Notes under the pieces: model-generated | The model's input: the letters and a program-made list of their open reading frames with translations, nothing else | What the model was told of the DNA's origin: nothing | The model's database searches: none | Part shown: piece by piece, positions 9,785-18,478 of the stretch | Position numbering within the stretch: position 1 is the first letter of the stretch | Layout: every line of letters begins with the position of its first letter | Source: a virus | Length of the DNA stretch: 31,913 nucleotides | Strand: one strand, 5' to 3' | IMG/VR virus record: IMGVR_UViG_3300045988_119030 | Span: 149,411-181,323 of that record | Program-made: the position numbers and the translations under genes

Positions 9785-10195
9785 TTAATTATTAATTGAA
9801 TATTTAATTACAAAATCAACAGAAGAATTATATTCTTGTGCAAAAACTTGGTCCCCAATATCATTACTATACTCAAAAGAAAGTTCTTCAATATCATTTA
9901 ATTTCTTATCAAAAATAACACGATAATCTTCTGAAGTTGTTAAATAAGCAACTGTTATTTTATCCATAGTCTCTCTATTTAACTTTTTAATAATATTAGC
10001 TCCCTATTTAGCCAAATTTACTTTTTCCATATCATATTCTTGGCTAAATTCACGCATACGAAGAAAACAGAATTTGTTTTCAGTATTGGAACTAGAAGTA
10101 ATAGTAAAAGTAATTGGACCTGTAAGGATAGTATCCTCTACGTTTCCATCTTTATTAGTAATAGTAATTTTAAAAGTATTATCTAAATTTACCAT
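9785..10195 (-). CDS. Hypothetical beta-rich protein (136 aa) with one in-frame TAG (10004-10006) that joins track ORFs 10004..10213 and 9785..9967. First gene of the long operon
   Basis: Start ATG 10195 preceded by GAGGAGG at 9-nt spacing. The ORF ending in TAG continues in frame into the next ORF. Confidence 0.55.
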
Positions 10196-10224
10196 TTTAA
10201 TTTTCCTCCTCAAAAATTTTATAA

Positions 10225-10256
10225 AATATAGGATATATTATTTATTATCCTATATT
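10225..10256. promoter_or_regulatory. 11-bp inverted repeat AATATAGGATA-N10-TATCCTATATT in the promoter region of the operon. Candidate operator
   Basis: Palindrome read directly. Lies between terminator 10345-10374 and the first gene start at 10195. Confidence 0.4.
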
Positions 10257-10344
10257 TTATAAAAAAAAATTTTATTAATTTAATCTTTTTTGATTAAGTA
10301 TTTAAGTCTTTATTTAATTTATATTAATATAATAACAAAAAAAA

Positions 10345-10374
10345 AGAGTAATGTCAAATGACATTACTCTTTAA
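10345..10374 (-). terminator. Rho-independent-like hairpin (AAAGAGTAATGTCA-AA-TGACATTACTCTTT) after gene 10376..10681
   Basis: Perfect 14-bp stem flanked by A/T runs. Confidence 0.55.
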
Positions 10375-10375
10375 A

Positions 10376-10681
10376 TTAACTTAATCCTAATCTTGCCTTT
10401 AGATCAGCAATATTTTTCTTTTCATCTGTAGTAATTTCAATCGGGGTTTCTCCACCTGCGGTTGCCCCATCTTCAAAATTCAAAACATTTGAATCCGCGG
10501 TTGCGCCTGCTTCACCGACCGGAGTCTTTGGGCATGTCATACTAATAGCAATCTGAATTCGCTCACCATTCTCATTAGCCCAAAGATAATACTTTTTATC
10601 TCGCTCGCCGATCCAATCAGCGCCAAATACTTCCGCCATTTTCTTAGCGATCTGTTCCTTAGCTACTGCACCTTTAGCCAT
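10376..10681 (-). CDS. Hypothetical protein (101 aa)
   Basis: Clean ORF, TAA stop, ~45% GC. Confidence 0.65.
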   Translation of the reverse strand: MAKGAVAKEQIAKKMAEVFGADWIGERDKKYYLWANENGERIQIAISMTCPKTPVGEAGATADSNVLNFEDGATAGGETPIEITTDEKKNIADLKARLGLS

Positions 10682-10693
10682 ATCTAATTCTCC

Positions 10694-12127
10694 TTAACTA
10701 AAATTATGTATAAAGTCTTTTAAAGACCTAAAATTATTAACTTTTTCTTCACCAGCATCTCTAAAGCACCAAGGACATAAATACATATCAGTTCCTTTAT
10801 GATAGTGAATATCTTCTGTATAATATAAATTATTACAACATTCGCATCGTTTACAATAAGTATCCGCACAACTATCGCAAACTAATTCATTTTCATCGCC
10901 TACGGAATTTGCTTCGTCAAGGATTATACGAGAACCGCAACAAGCGCAATAACCATAGTTATCGTCTTCGTTTACTCCATAACTGAATTCACAATCTCCG
11001 CATCGCATATATTCTCCACTTTCAATTATAGTTTTACCGCATTGTAAACAAGGAACATCACCACCAATAGACCAATGAGGAAGATCAGTCTTGTCAAATG
11101 GATAATAATACAATTTTAAACTATAAATAGGCAAATAGCAAGAAGAATAAAGCAAATCATTATATTGAAGAGTATGCTCACCAATATCTTCAACGATATC
11201 ACTAATAGGATATAAACGAGACAAAATAGGAATCCATGTTTCAGATAATCCGATAGTCTCTTCTCCAAAAGGAATGCTACTCATCCTATTAGAGACAGTA
11301 GTAATACCTCCGTCTACCCATTCACGCAACTGAAAAGTCTTATCAAAAGTATTGATAATATCTTTAATTTTAATTAAAGCATTGGTTGTCATAAAAGGAT
11401 ATTGACGGCCAGCCATCAAACCGCGTCGCTTATCTTCCATATAAAGAAGCATACGCCATTTCTTAGAATTCCAAAGAACATCTTCGGGAAAGTGCGGAAG
11501 TTTCTGATTCTCTGCTCCGCGCAAATAGCAAATAAAAGTGCTTCTATCTACCATGTAAGATAAATTTCCTGCTCTATATTCACCATCAAGCGCATGGCAA
11601 GAGCGCCAATTATAAGTATTTTCACTTACGCTTAAAAAATCCAAAGGATGAACTGAGAAACATAATGTTCCCTCAATCTTGTCCTCTTGGATAATACGAC
11701 TTGCGTAATTTTGAATATCTTCCAAAGAGCGCGGATTCTCTTCAAAATACTTAAAAGCCTTAACTAATTTCATCCCTCTTGGAATCTTTTTATCCTTATA
11801 GAAATAAGTATCTATAACCGTATTGTTAAAGAATCCTTCTTTGTTTACTGAAATAAAATCCTTTAAGTCTTCATTGTTATAAGTATAATTAATTGTTTCA
11901 AGAAACTCTTCAAGACGATGTTCTTTAGTTTTATCATCTAAGGAAAAAGATACCTTTTCCGGCCATTCATAAATTAAATGACCATGAAAAAATTTAATTA
12001 AGTCTTTTTTGGCTTCGAGGAATCTTTCGAATAGTTCTTCTGTTTTTGGATTACTGATTCCTTGGGAGTAACTGATGACTTTGTTGAACTGTTCTCTAAT
12101 GCTTTCGATGTCGAAGTCATATGACAT
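10694..12127 (-). CDS. Large hypothetical protein (paralog A). Conserved core LCFSVHPLDF...W.SC...GEYRAG...WNSKKWR and a C-terminal tail with at least 5 CxxC zinc-ribbon pairs. Start is probably ATG 12127 (RBS GGAGGA), not the track start at 12148
   Basis: Paralogy with 14635..16239 seen directly in the translations. Confidence 0.7.
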   Translation of the reverse strand: MSYDFDIESIREQFNKVISYSQGISNPKTEELFERFLEAKKDLIKFFHGHLIYEWPEKVSFSLDDKTKEHRLEEFLETINYTYNNEDLKDFISVNKEGFFNNTVIDTYFYKDKKIPRGMKLVKAFKYFEENPRSLEDIQNYASRIIQEDKIEGTLCFSVHPLDFLSVSENTYNWRSCHALDGEYRAGNLSYMVDRSTFICYLRGAENQKLPHFPEDVLWNSKKWRMLLYMEDKRRGLMAGRQYPFMTTNALIKIKDIINTFDKTFQLREWVDGGITTVSNRMSSIPFGEETIGLSETWIPILSRLYPISDIVEDIGEHTLQYNDLLYSSCYLPIYSLKLYYYPFDKTDLPHWSIGGDVPCLQCGKTIIESGEYMRCGDCEFSYGVNEDDNYGYCACCGSRIILDEANSVGDENELVCDSCADTYCKRCECCNNLYYTEDIHYHKGTDMYLCPWCFRDAGEEKVNNFRSLKDFIHNFS

Positions 12128-13104
12128 TTGACTAATCCTCCAATACAATCTTTACAATACTCGCTGTGTGGGTTCGCAGGGTCAATTTCAAATGCCTCTT
12201 CACACTCCGCACACCATTCAACATTACTGGGAATACAATCAGGGCAATAAAAACATGTATGTCCATCTAATCCCTTTACTGGAAATGTTTCATACTCACT
12301 AAATAGCTGACCGCATCCTCTACAATGAACGTAGAATCCATCGCCATCAGTTGGAAAATTCTTACAAATATTATCGAACCAAATATTATGATAATTACGA
12401 TAATACTCAAAATTAGGGATATCTTTCTCTTGGAGCATGCGGATTACCTTATTAATCGTATCAAAAAGAGCACCCGCATTTAATGTTTCAATACGGTTAT
12501 GTTCATTTTTATAACCTACTGAAAGATTTACACCACAAATTTTCCATTCAGGGCATAAAACACTAATATCACTAAACGTGCCAAAATCTTCTACAAATCC
12601 AAAAGATTCAATGTAATCGATGAATTTAGGATTGTAAAGGTCATAAAACACACAATCATTTGTGCCCTGTCTATCCAACTGAATAATATATTTCAAGTTG
12701 GGAAATGGACACTCAAAATATTGTAATACTAATGCTTCGGCGCCCAATCCACCGATTTCTTCATCAGTGGTAAAAATAATAGAAGGGCGCAAAGACGTAT
12801 TTCTCAAAATATGAAGAATCGCATATACTCCTGCTCTATCATCTGCGCCAAGACCATCGGGCGACCAAAGCACATTTTTTCTTGTGTCATAATATAAATC
12901 TTTGACCGGTTTCTCAAACACGGTATCAAGATGAGCTACTAAAGCAATCGGAATATCACCAACCGCACAAACATACTCTTTAGTAATAACTACTTCAGTA
13001 TATTTAGATTTCAATACATCGGCAACATATTCTCTTAACTCATCTTGCGTCGAGCGAACCAGATATTCAAATAACCAAAGTTCATTAGTTTTAAAACCTC
13101 TCAC
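11998..13104 (-). CDS. MH-clan zinc metallopeptidase-like protein (M28/M42-like) with a C-terminal Cys-rich zinc-ribbon tail
   Basis: HLDTV, GADDRAG and DEEIGGLGAEAL motifs (metal ligands of aminopeptidase-type MH-clan enzymes). CRGCG...CFYCPDC...CAECEE...CKDC tail. The last ~40 codons are low-complexity and overlap the next gene by ~130 nt. Confidence 0.65.
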   Translation of the reverse strand: MRGFKTNELWLFEYLVRSTQDELREYVADVLKSKYTEVVITKEYVCAVGDIPIALVAHLDTVFEKPVKDLYYDTRKNVLWSPDGLGADDRAGVYAILHILRNTSLRPSIIFTTDEEIGGLGAEALVLQYFECPFPNLKYIIQLDRQGTNDCVFYDLYNPKFIDYIESFGFVEDFGTFSDISVLCPEWKICGVNLSVGYKNEHNRIETLNAGALFDTINKVIRMLQEKDIPNFEYYRNYHNIWFDNICKNFPTDGDGFYVHCRGCGQLFSEYETFPVKGLDGHTCFYCPDCIPSNVEWCAECEEAFEIDPANPHSEYCKDCIGGLVKCHMTSTSKALENSSTKSSVTPKESVIQKQKNYSKDSSKPKKT

Positions 13105-13155
13105 AGTTTATTCTCCTATCTTTTATCTTATATTTATATTATAACATTATTTTTT

Positions 13156-13956
13156 TTATTTGTCAATTGAGTCCTCTTCCGCCTCGGGGATAGGATTATT
13201 CTGCTTGCTTGCTTGAACGGCTTTATCTATAACACGAGAGAATATAAATGCGGTTTCACAATAATGACACGTCCCTTGTCGTTGACAGCGCTGACCGCAA
13301 TTGATGCGGTTGGGGCCAAAATCTTCGGGGATTCCACGATTATCCGCATTATAATTTAGATTGGTTAATAAAAGGTTTAGATTACCTTGCCAATGACCAC
13401 TTTGATAGATATCCAAAAGCACAGCTTCTTTGGAGAGCGCGGGTTCGTCAAATTCTAAGGTTGAGACATATGTTCCATAATAATCTACATCTTCCGGTCG
13501 GACATAAGAACCGCATATTCCATTTTCTCTTGGAAGGTTATCGTCATAGCATTTATTCGCAATCATACGAATTGGAACTTTTGCTTGCTGATTTAATTGT
13601 CTCAAATCAAACGTAAGCGGTGCCCCGATGAAAAGTTCGCTAACTCTAAGATCAAGGAGAACGCGGACTTCTGCCCATGTAGTAGCGGGATAAGCGAAAT
13701 AATACTTTACATCAATATTACATCCATTACGAGTAAGCATATCTTCAAATGCTACAATAAGATCGACTTTATTCTTAAAGGAATCAATTTCTTCCCAATT
13801 CACTTCTTCGTTTTTGCGGATTCTGATAATATATCGCTTATTGGGGAATTTCTAAATCATATCATACATAATGTTTATATCATTATAATTAACCATAAGC
13901 TCATCAGCCTTCTCGCGGACAACATCAGGTTGACGCACAGAAACACAATATTTCAA
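13156..13956 (-). CDS. Hypothetical protein with a C-terminal Cys cluster (CGQRCQRQGTCHYC). In-frame TAG at 13852-13854. TTG start after AAAGGAG
   Basis: Track ORF 13156..13803 extends upstream in frame through one TAG to TTG 13956. Confidence 0.5.
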
Positions 13957-13980
13957 ATTATATCACTCCTTTATAATATA

Positions 13981-14009
13981 ATTATAACAAAAAACTCCAA
14001 TTTTGTCAA
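13981..14009 (-). promoter_or_regulatory. Sigma70-like promoter TTGACA-N17-TATAAT for gene 13156..13956
   Basis: tgtcaa at 14004-14009 and attata at 13981-13986 on the plus strand, spacer 17 nt. Confidence 0.5.
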
Positions 14010-14082
14010 GAAAATTCTAAACGGCTTTTTACTTTTGGACTTTCGGTGTATGCGACCAGCACCGGTCGGAGCAGATAACAAG

Positions 14083-14114
14083 AAAAAATGGACTGAAAAT
14101 TTTTCAGTCCATTT
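14083..14114 (-). terminator. Hairpin GGACTGAAAA-TTTTTCAGTCC followed by a T-run. Terminator of gene 14128..14544
   Basis: Stem, loop and U-tract read directly. Confidence 0.65.
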
Positions 14115-14127
14115 AATCATTTAACTC

Positions 14128-14544
14128 TTAGTCCTCAGCGACAATCTTGCGATAAGCCACTTTCTTTGAAGCCTTACCGCCATCAGCGCCCGGAATAGAA
14201 ACCTCAGTTTTCTCCGCGCGGTTCTCGCTCACAAGAGTGCGGAGTCGATAACTGGCACGCTGTGCGGAAACACTCTCATCGCCGAGAGCCTTGACGATCT
14301 CAGGGATGGTCATAAACTCATCGTCATAAAGAACATTATAAATCTGCTCAGTCAGCTCATCGCCCTCAGCACGCTTGGCGGCCGCACGCTCCTTAGCCTT
14401 AGCAGTCTTCTTATCAAGCAACTCAATCTCATGCTCGCAAAATGCGATCACATCATTGGGATCATACTTAATCTCACCAGTGTGCATAGCTCCGATAATC
14501 GCGGTCAGATAATCGCGCTTAGAAACCTTAACTTCATTAGTCAT
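14128..14544 (-). CDS. Hypothetical Lys/Ala/Glu-rich protein (138 aa). Markedly GC-rich (~50%) compared with its neighbours
   Basis: Clean ORF. Compositional island. Confidence 0.7.
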   Translation of the reverse strand: MTNEVKVSKRDYLTAIIGAMHTGEIKYDPNDVIAFCEHEIELLDKKTAKAKERAAAKRAEGDELTEQIYNVLYDDEFMTIPEIVKALGDESVSAQRASYRLRTLVSENRAEKTEVSIPGADGGKASKKVAYRKIVAED

Positions 14545-14617
14545 AATTTTTACCTTAACCTTTCATAAATAACAATTTTATTTTTAGGAAGTATTTCTTC
14601 CTTTACCTTACATAAAT

Positions 14618-14646
14618 ATTATATATTATTTTTTTTAAAAAATCAA
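14618..14646 (-). promoter_or_regulatory. Conserved promoter motif TTGATT-N17-TATAAT
   Basis: aatcaa at 14641-14646 and attata at 14618-14623, 17-nt spacer. Same extended motif as the other promoters listed here. Confidence 0.45.
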
Positions 14647-14661
14647 AGAAGGTCTTTGATT
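14629..14661 (-). terminator. Hairpin ATCAAAGACCTTCTTTGAT plus T-run overlapping the stop codon of gene 14635..16239
   Basis: Inverted repeat read directly. Confidence 0.45.
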
Positions 14662-16239
14662 TGGGTTAGTGCCATTAACCCAAGAAATAAACTCCTTTTC
14701 ATTAATATCAAAGAGGTCTCTACCCTTTTTAGTGAGAGTTTCTCCATCGACATAATAATTGGAGCGCCAACCGTCTCTGTCTTCTTCAATTTCACCACTG
14801 AAAAAAGTTTTTACTTTTTTATCTCCACAACAATCCCAACAAATATCCACATAGAATCCAACTGGCTTCTTCTGGAATCGAAGGCGGATTTGCTTCATGT
14901 CATCATAATCTTTGCGGACTCTGCAACAAGGACAAATTTCTGTGCTTTCATCATAACAATAAGCACAGTAAGTTTTTCCATCAACATTATAAGTGTCATC
15001 GACATAAACAATATCGCCACACTTATCGCACTTTACCGCATCCGAACAACTCGTACAAATGGTCATTTCCGCGTTATTCTCTCTATCATCGAGGAGAGAA
15101 TCATCAAGAAGCTCTCCACAACACATACACTCAGATTCACCCGAGTAGTTAAGATCAATGTTTTCGTCCGTAGGAATCTTAGTGGAAACGTAAGCATTAT
15201 GCTCTGAATAGATATCGTTATACATGAAATTGGTATCAAGATTGAAATAAATATTTCTATCAAGCTCACCAATAATATTATTACTGTAATTCTGAATCTT
15301 ATTTAAATACTTGGTATAAGGACCAAAACCAAGATTCTGTTCAGCGAGCTTTTTGATCCAAGCAAGACAAATGCTTTCAAGATTTTCATTACAATAAGGA
15401 TAACCCTTGATGCCAAGAATAAGACTTTTATCTACAATGAAAAGCTCACGCCAGCGCTTGCTATTCCACATAACAGGCTTACCAACCTTATACCAAATTT
15501 CCATATCCTTATCAGATTTAAGGTAAGCTTCGAGGATAATGGGAGAATTCATCATCTCAACGGTTCCCTGACGATACTCGCCACCACCATTCTGCCATCT
15601 CATACAAGAGTCCCAACCGCAATTATTATCACTCATAGTGATATAGTCAAGAGGATGAATAGAAAGACAAAGTTCACCAGAAATATTTTTCTGATTAAGG
15701 AACTGAGAATGAGCAATACGGAACTTTTCATAGATATCGCGGTCAATCTCCAAGATATCACTCATCTTACCAAGCATCTTGCTAAGCTTCATACCCTTAT
15801 TAATCATAAGAGTTTTATTGTTATAAGTGAATTTAAAAGATTCACCATCATAAATATTAGACATTAAAGGATCAACATCCAAAAGACTTGCCAGATTAAA
15901 ATACTGAGTATTAGAGATGGTTGTTTTAAGATAAAGATCTCTTACCTTATTATTAAAGGTATTTCGGAATTCATATCCATCACTATTTCGACCGAAATAA
16001 TCATAAAAATCCTCACTCATCTCTTCATAAGAGCGAGAATAACTTACCTTACGAGAAATGATAAGATTATTTCCCAACATCTTGTAAAGATTCTGCTTAT
16101 TATAAGCCCAAAAACGGAGAATGTAATCGAGAGATGTCTTCATATCGGAACTATCTCCACCGAGACCCGCAAAATTGCGGATATACCCTTCAATCTTTTC
16201 GCAATCTTCTTTGGAAAGGAGTTCAAATAAATTAGCCAT
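14635..16239 (-). CDS. Large hypothetical protein (paralog B, 534 aa). Core LCLSIHPLDY...W.SC...GEYRQG...WNSKRWR and a C-terminal tail of multiple CxxC zinc ribbons
   Basis: Clean ORF. Paralogous to 10694..12127. Confidence 0.8.
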   Translation of the reverse strand: MANLFELLSKEDCEKIEGYIRNFAGLGGDSSDMKTSLDYILRFWAYNKQNLYKMLGNNLIISRKVSYSRSYEEMSEDFYDYFGRNSDGYEFRNTFNNKVRDLYLKTTISNTQYFNLASLLDVDPLMSNIYDGESFKFTYNNKTLMINKGMKLSKMLGKMSDILEIDRDIYEKFRIAHSQFLNQKNISGELCLSIHPLDYITMSDNNCGWDSCMRWQNGGGEYRQGTVEMMNSPIILEAYLKSDKDMEIWYKVGKPVMWNSKRWRELFIVDKSLILGIKGYPYCNENLESICLAWIKKLAEQNLGFGPYTKYLNKIQNYSNNIIGELDRNIYFNLDTNFMYNDIYSEHNAYVSTKIPTDENIDLNYSGESECMCCGELLDDSLLDDRENNAEMTICTSCSDAVKCDKCGDIVYVDDTYNVDGKTYCAYCYDESTEICPCCRVRKDYDDMKQIRLRFQKKPVGFYVDICWDCCGDKKVKTFFSGEIEEDRDGWRSNYYVDGETLTKKGRDLFDINEKEFISWVNGTNPNQRPSLIF

Positions 16240-16290
16240 ATCTTATCAACCTCTTTTTAATATCTTTCTTAACTTTATATATATATATAT

Positions 16291-16319
16291 ATATTATAAT
16301 ATATTTTTTTATAAAAATA
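16291..16319 (-). promoter_or_regulatory. Promoter-like element (TATAAT with a weak -35) for gene 14635..16239
   Basis: Conserved ATAATATATATATAAAGTTAAGAAAG 5'UTR motif. Confidence 0.35.
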
Positions 16320-16355
16320 AAGAAAGCCCTTTGCGGTCAATCAAAGGGCTTTCTT
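16320..16355 (-). terminator. Hairpin GAAAGCCCTTTG-N8-CAAAGGGCTTTC after gene 16377..17744
   Basis: 12-bp perfect stem. Confidence 0.65.
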
Positions 16356-16376
16356 GCGAAAGGGGTTTTATTATAT

Positions 16377-17744
16377 TTACTTACAAAGATTACCCATGAA
16401 CATGAGCGGAAGAAGATCATCCGCGTTCTTGGAGTCCTTCATAAGGAAATACATCATCATCATAGGATTCTTAGAGAAATCCATGCCACCCTGACCGCTC
16501 ATCATAGAGAGCATCAGCATGGTGTTCATGTCAAACTCGCCACTATTCTCACTCATCATGAAAATGGGGAGCATATTACCAAACGGATTCTCCGCACTCG
16601 GCGCATTCTCAGGACTCTTCATAAAAGAGTCAAACAGAGAAACAACACGAGTGTAGAAGTTAAAGTTGAAGCAATTCTTCGTAGGAAGAATCTTCTTCTC
16701 CTCACCGGCCTGCGGATCGACAACCGTAATACCGCTATCGCCGACCTCAATTACGAACATAGCCTTGCGGTTATGAACAATAACCATACCAGGGGCGATA
16801 TCCTTGATGGCAACCGGCATCTTGTAAAGGAACTTACCGCCATCAAAGTTGAAGATATCGACGTCGATAATCTCCTTACTCTCAGGGTTGTAAGAAACCC
16901 AAGTGCCGTTCGCGTTCTTTACGGCCAGGCCATACATAGACATACGAATGTTATCAGTGGTGCAGGGGCCAAAATCAAAATTAAACGCCTTCATTTTCTT
17001 ATTTCCTTTCTTATCATCAACATTATTATTAAATGTATTTTGTTCGTTCAAAACTTTATTGATTCGATCATCAATATAATCGTTATCAAGCATAGCGCAT
17101 TTATCTTTAATTGCATCAATTTGACTACCGAGTGTAATTGTGCCAGGAGTAGAGGTAGCGAAAATTGCGTTAGAATCAATTGAAGCAACTTTTCCAGTTA
17201 TACAATCGTTATCAGGAACTATCATAACAGGTGTAGTATTTAACTTTCCAAGAATCTTCTGAGCTTCTTCATCGGAAATAGTATTCGCACAAGAAAATTC
17301 TGTGCTCCATATTCCCTTGTCATACACTTTGATATAATCAAGGTTATCGCAGGTTTTGCTTATATTGTTATTCTTTTCAACAGTCTTCTTTGCCCTACGC
17401 ATCTTATATTCAAGAAACTTTTCAGAACATTCAATCGCATAATCATTCGTAAAAATATTACAAACATTATCAGCTAAAAATTCACCAAAAGAACCATCAA
17501 TACCATCGGCAAAGAAAGAATTCATAATATAAGTATCAGGAAAAACCTCAAAGAAAATTTTGCCATTAAGGTCAGATTTGACAACAATCCTAACACTATT
17601 TTTAGTAGTCTTTAACTTACGCCAAAAGACGTAATCAAGCTTATGATACTTATTATCTTGAACTGCTTGACTAAAATTGTCTAAGATTTTATCAAAAACA
17701 TTAGGTGGGAATTTATAAGTTCCCATTACATTAGTTTCAGCCAT
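16377..17744 (-). CDS. Hypothetical protein (455 aa) with an unusual Met-rich C-terminal tail
   Basis: Clean ORF. Tail reads FMMSENSGEFDMNTMLMLSMMSGQGGMDFSKNPMMMMYFLMK. Confidence 0.75.
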   Translation of the reverse strand: MAETNVMGTYKFPPNVFDKILDNFSQAVQDNKYHKLDYVFWRKLKTTKNSVRIVVKSDLNGKIFFEVFPDTYIMNSFFADGIDGSFGEFLADNVCNIFTNDYAIECSEKFLEYKMRRAKKTVEKNNNISKTCDNLDYIKVYDKGIWSTEFSCANTISDEEAQKILGKLNTTPVMIVPDNDCITGKVASIDSNAIFATSTPGTITLGSQIDAIKDKCAMLDNDYIDDRINKVLNEQNTFNNNVDDKKGNKKMKAFNFDFGPCTTDNIRMSMYGLAVKNANGTWVSYNPESKEIIDVDIFNFDGGKFLYKMPVAIKDIAPGMVIVHNRKAMFVIEVGDSGITVVDPQAGEEKKILPTKNCFNFNFYTRVVSLFDSFMKSPENAPSAENPFGNMLPIFMMSENSGEFDMNTMLMLSMMSGQGGMDFSKNPMMMMYFLMKDSKNADDLLPLMFMGNLCK

Positions 17745-17898
17745 TTAGTCTCCTCTCCACTTCTCGTCGGATATATTCCATATCGCTATCCGTCAGAGTG
17801 AGTTCAGTCTAGAAGGTTGTCGCGCCCGCACTAATTTCCTTGATAATTCTTTCAAGTTCCTCAGTGTAATTCGCATAACACATAAACAAATTATCCAT
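17736..17898 (-). CDS. Small protein (~53 aa) with an in-frame TAG (17809-17811). Start and stop overlap both neighbouring genes
   Basis: TAATG start overlap with the gene above. Its TGA stop overlaps the ATG of 16377..17744. Confidence 0.4.
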
Positions 17899-18173
17899 TA
17901 CTCCATCCACTCCAATGTATCTTTATCGTCCCAAAAGAAATCAAACTCAGTATGAGCTTTGCCGTCCTTATCTTTCTTAATAAGGATATCCATCATATGA
18001 GCATGAATACCATCTTCGGGATAATCCATTTCCCAAATTTCACGAATCTTATAACGAGACTTGTGCGGAATGGCTAAATGAGTAATGAATTCTTCGGGAG
18101 TCCAAGTCTCAGTAGCCGTGCAAAACACCAAGCCATAGTGCTCACTATGAATTGCGATTACTTTTTCAATCAT
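17898..18173 (-). CDS. Small hypothetical protein (91 aa)
   Basis: Clean ORF, TAA stop. Confidence 0.6.
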   Translation of the reverse strand: MIEKVIAIHSEHYGLVFCTATETWTPEEFITHLAIPHKSRYKIREIWEMDYPEDGIHAHMMDILIKKDKDGKAHTEFDFFWDDKDTLEWME

Positions 18174-18408
18174 TGTTATCCTCTCCTAATATATCACAAA
18201 TTGCCTGATGACTAAATGTAATCTTCGCTCCAAAATAAGGAACTGTTCTATCATCAGCGATAATAATTTCCACAAAAGCGATATCGTATTTATAGAAATA
18301 TACAATACGCTTAATTGCTTCCAAATAATCAGAAGCTACTATTACACCCTGAAAATCTTCCTTTCCTGGGTCTACTGCATTAACATAAGCTATGTAGTGA
18401 TACTCCAT
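18166..18408 (-). CDS. Small hypothetical protein (80 aa)
   Basis: Clean ORF, TGA stop, 8-nt overlap with the downstream gene. Confidence 0.6.
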   Translation of the reverse strand: MEYHYIAYVNAVDPGKEDFQGVIVASDYLEAIKRIVYFYKYDIAFVEIIIADDRTVPYFGAKITFSHQAICDILGEDNND

Positions 18409-18442
18409 AACAAATAACCTCTTTTCTTATTTTCTATATATA

Positions 18443-18471
18443 TTATATATTATTTTTTATAAAAATGTCAA
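18443..18471 (-). promoter_or_regulatory. Conserved promoter TTGACA-N17-TATAAT
   Basis: tgtcaa at 18466-18471 and attata at 18443-18448. Confidence 0.55.
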
Positions 18472-18478
18472 AAAGATC

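Noticed and set aside
13597-15272. Plus-strand ORFs 13597..14124 and 14656..15207, and minus ORF 15063..15272
   Set aside because: They are antisense or alternate-frame shadows inside the well-supported minus-strand genes 13156..13956 and 14635..16239. No RBS or promoter is present.
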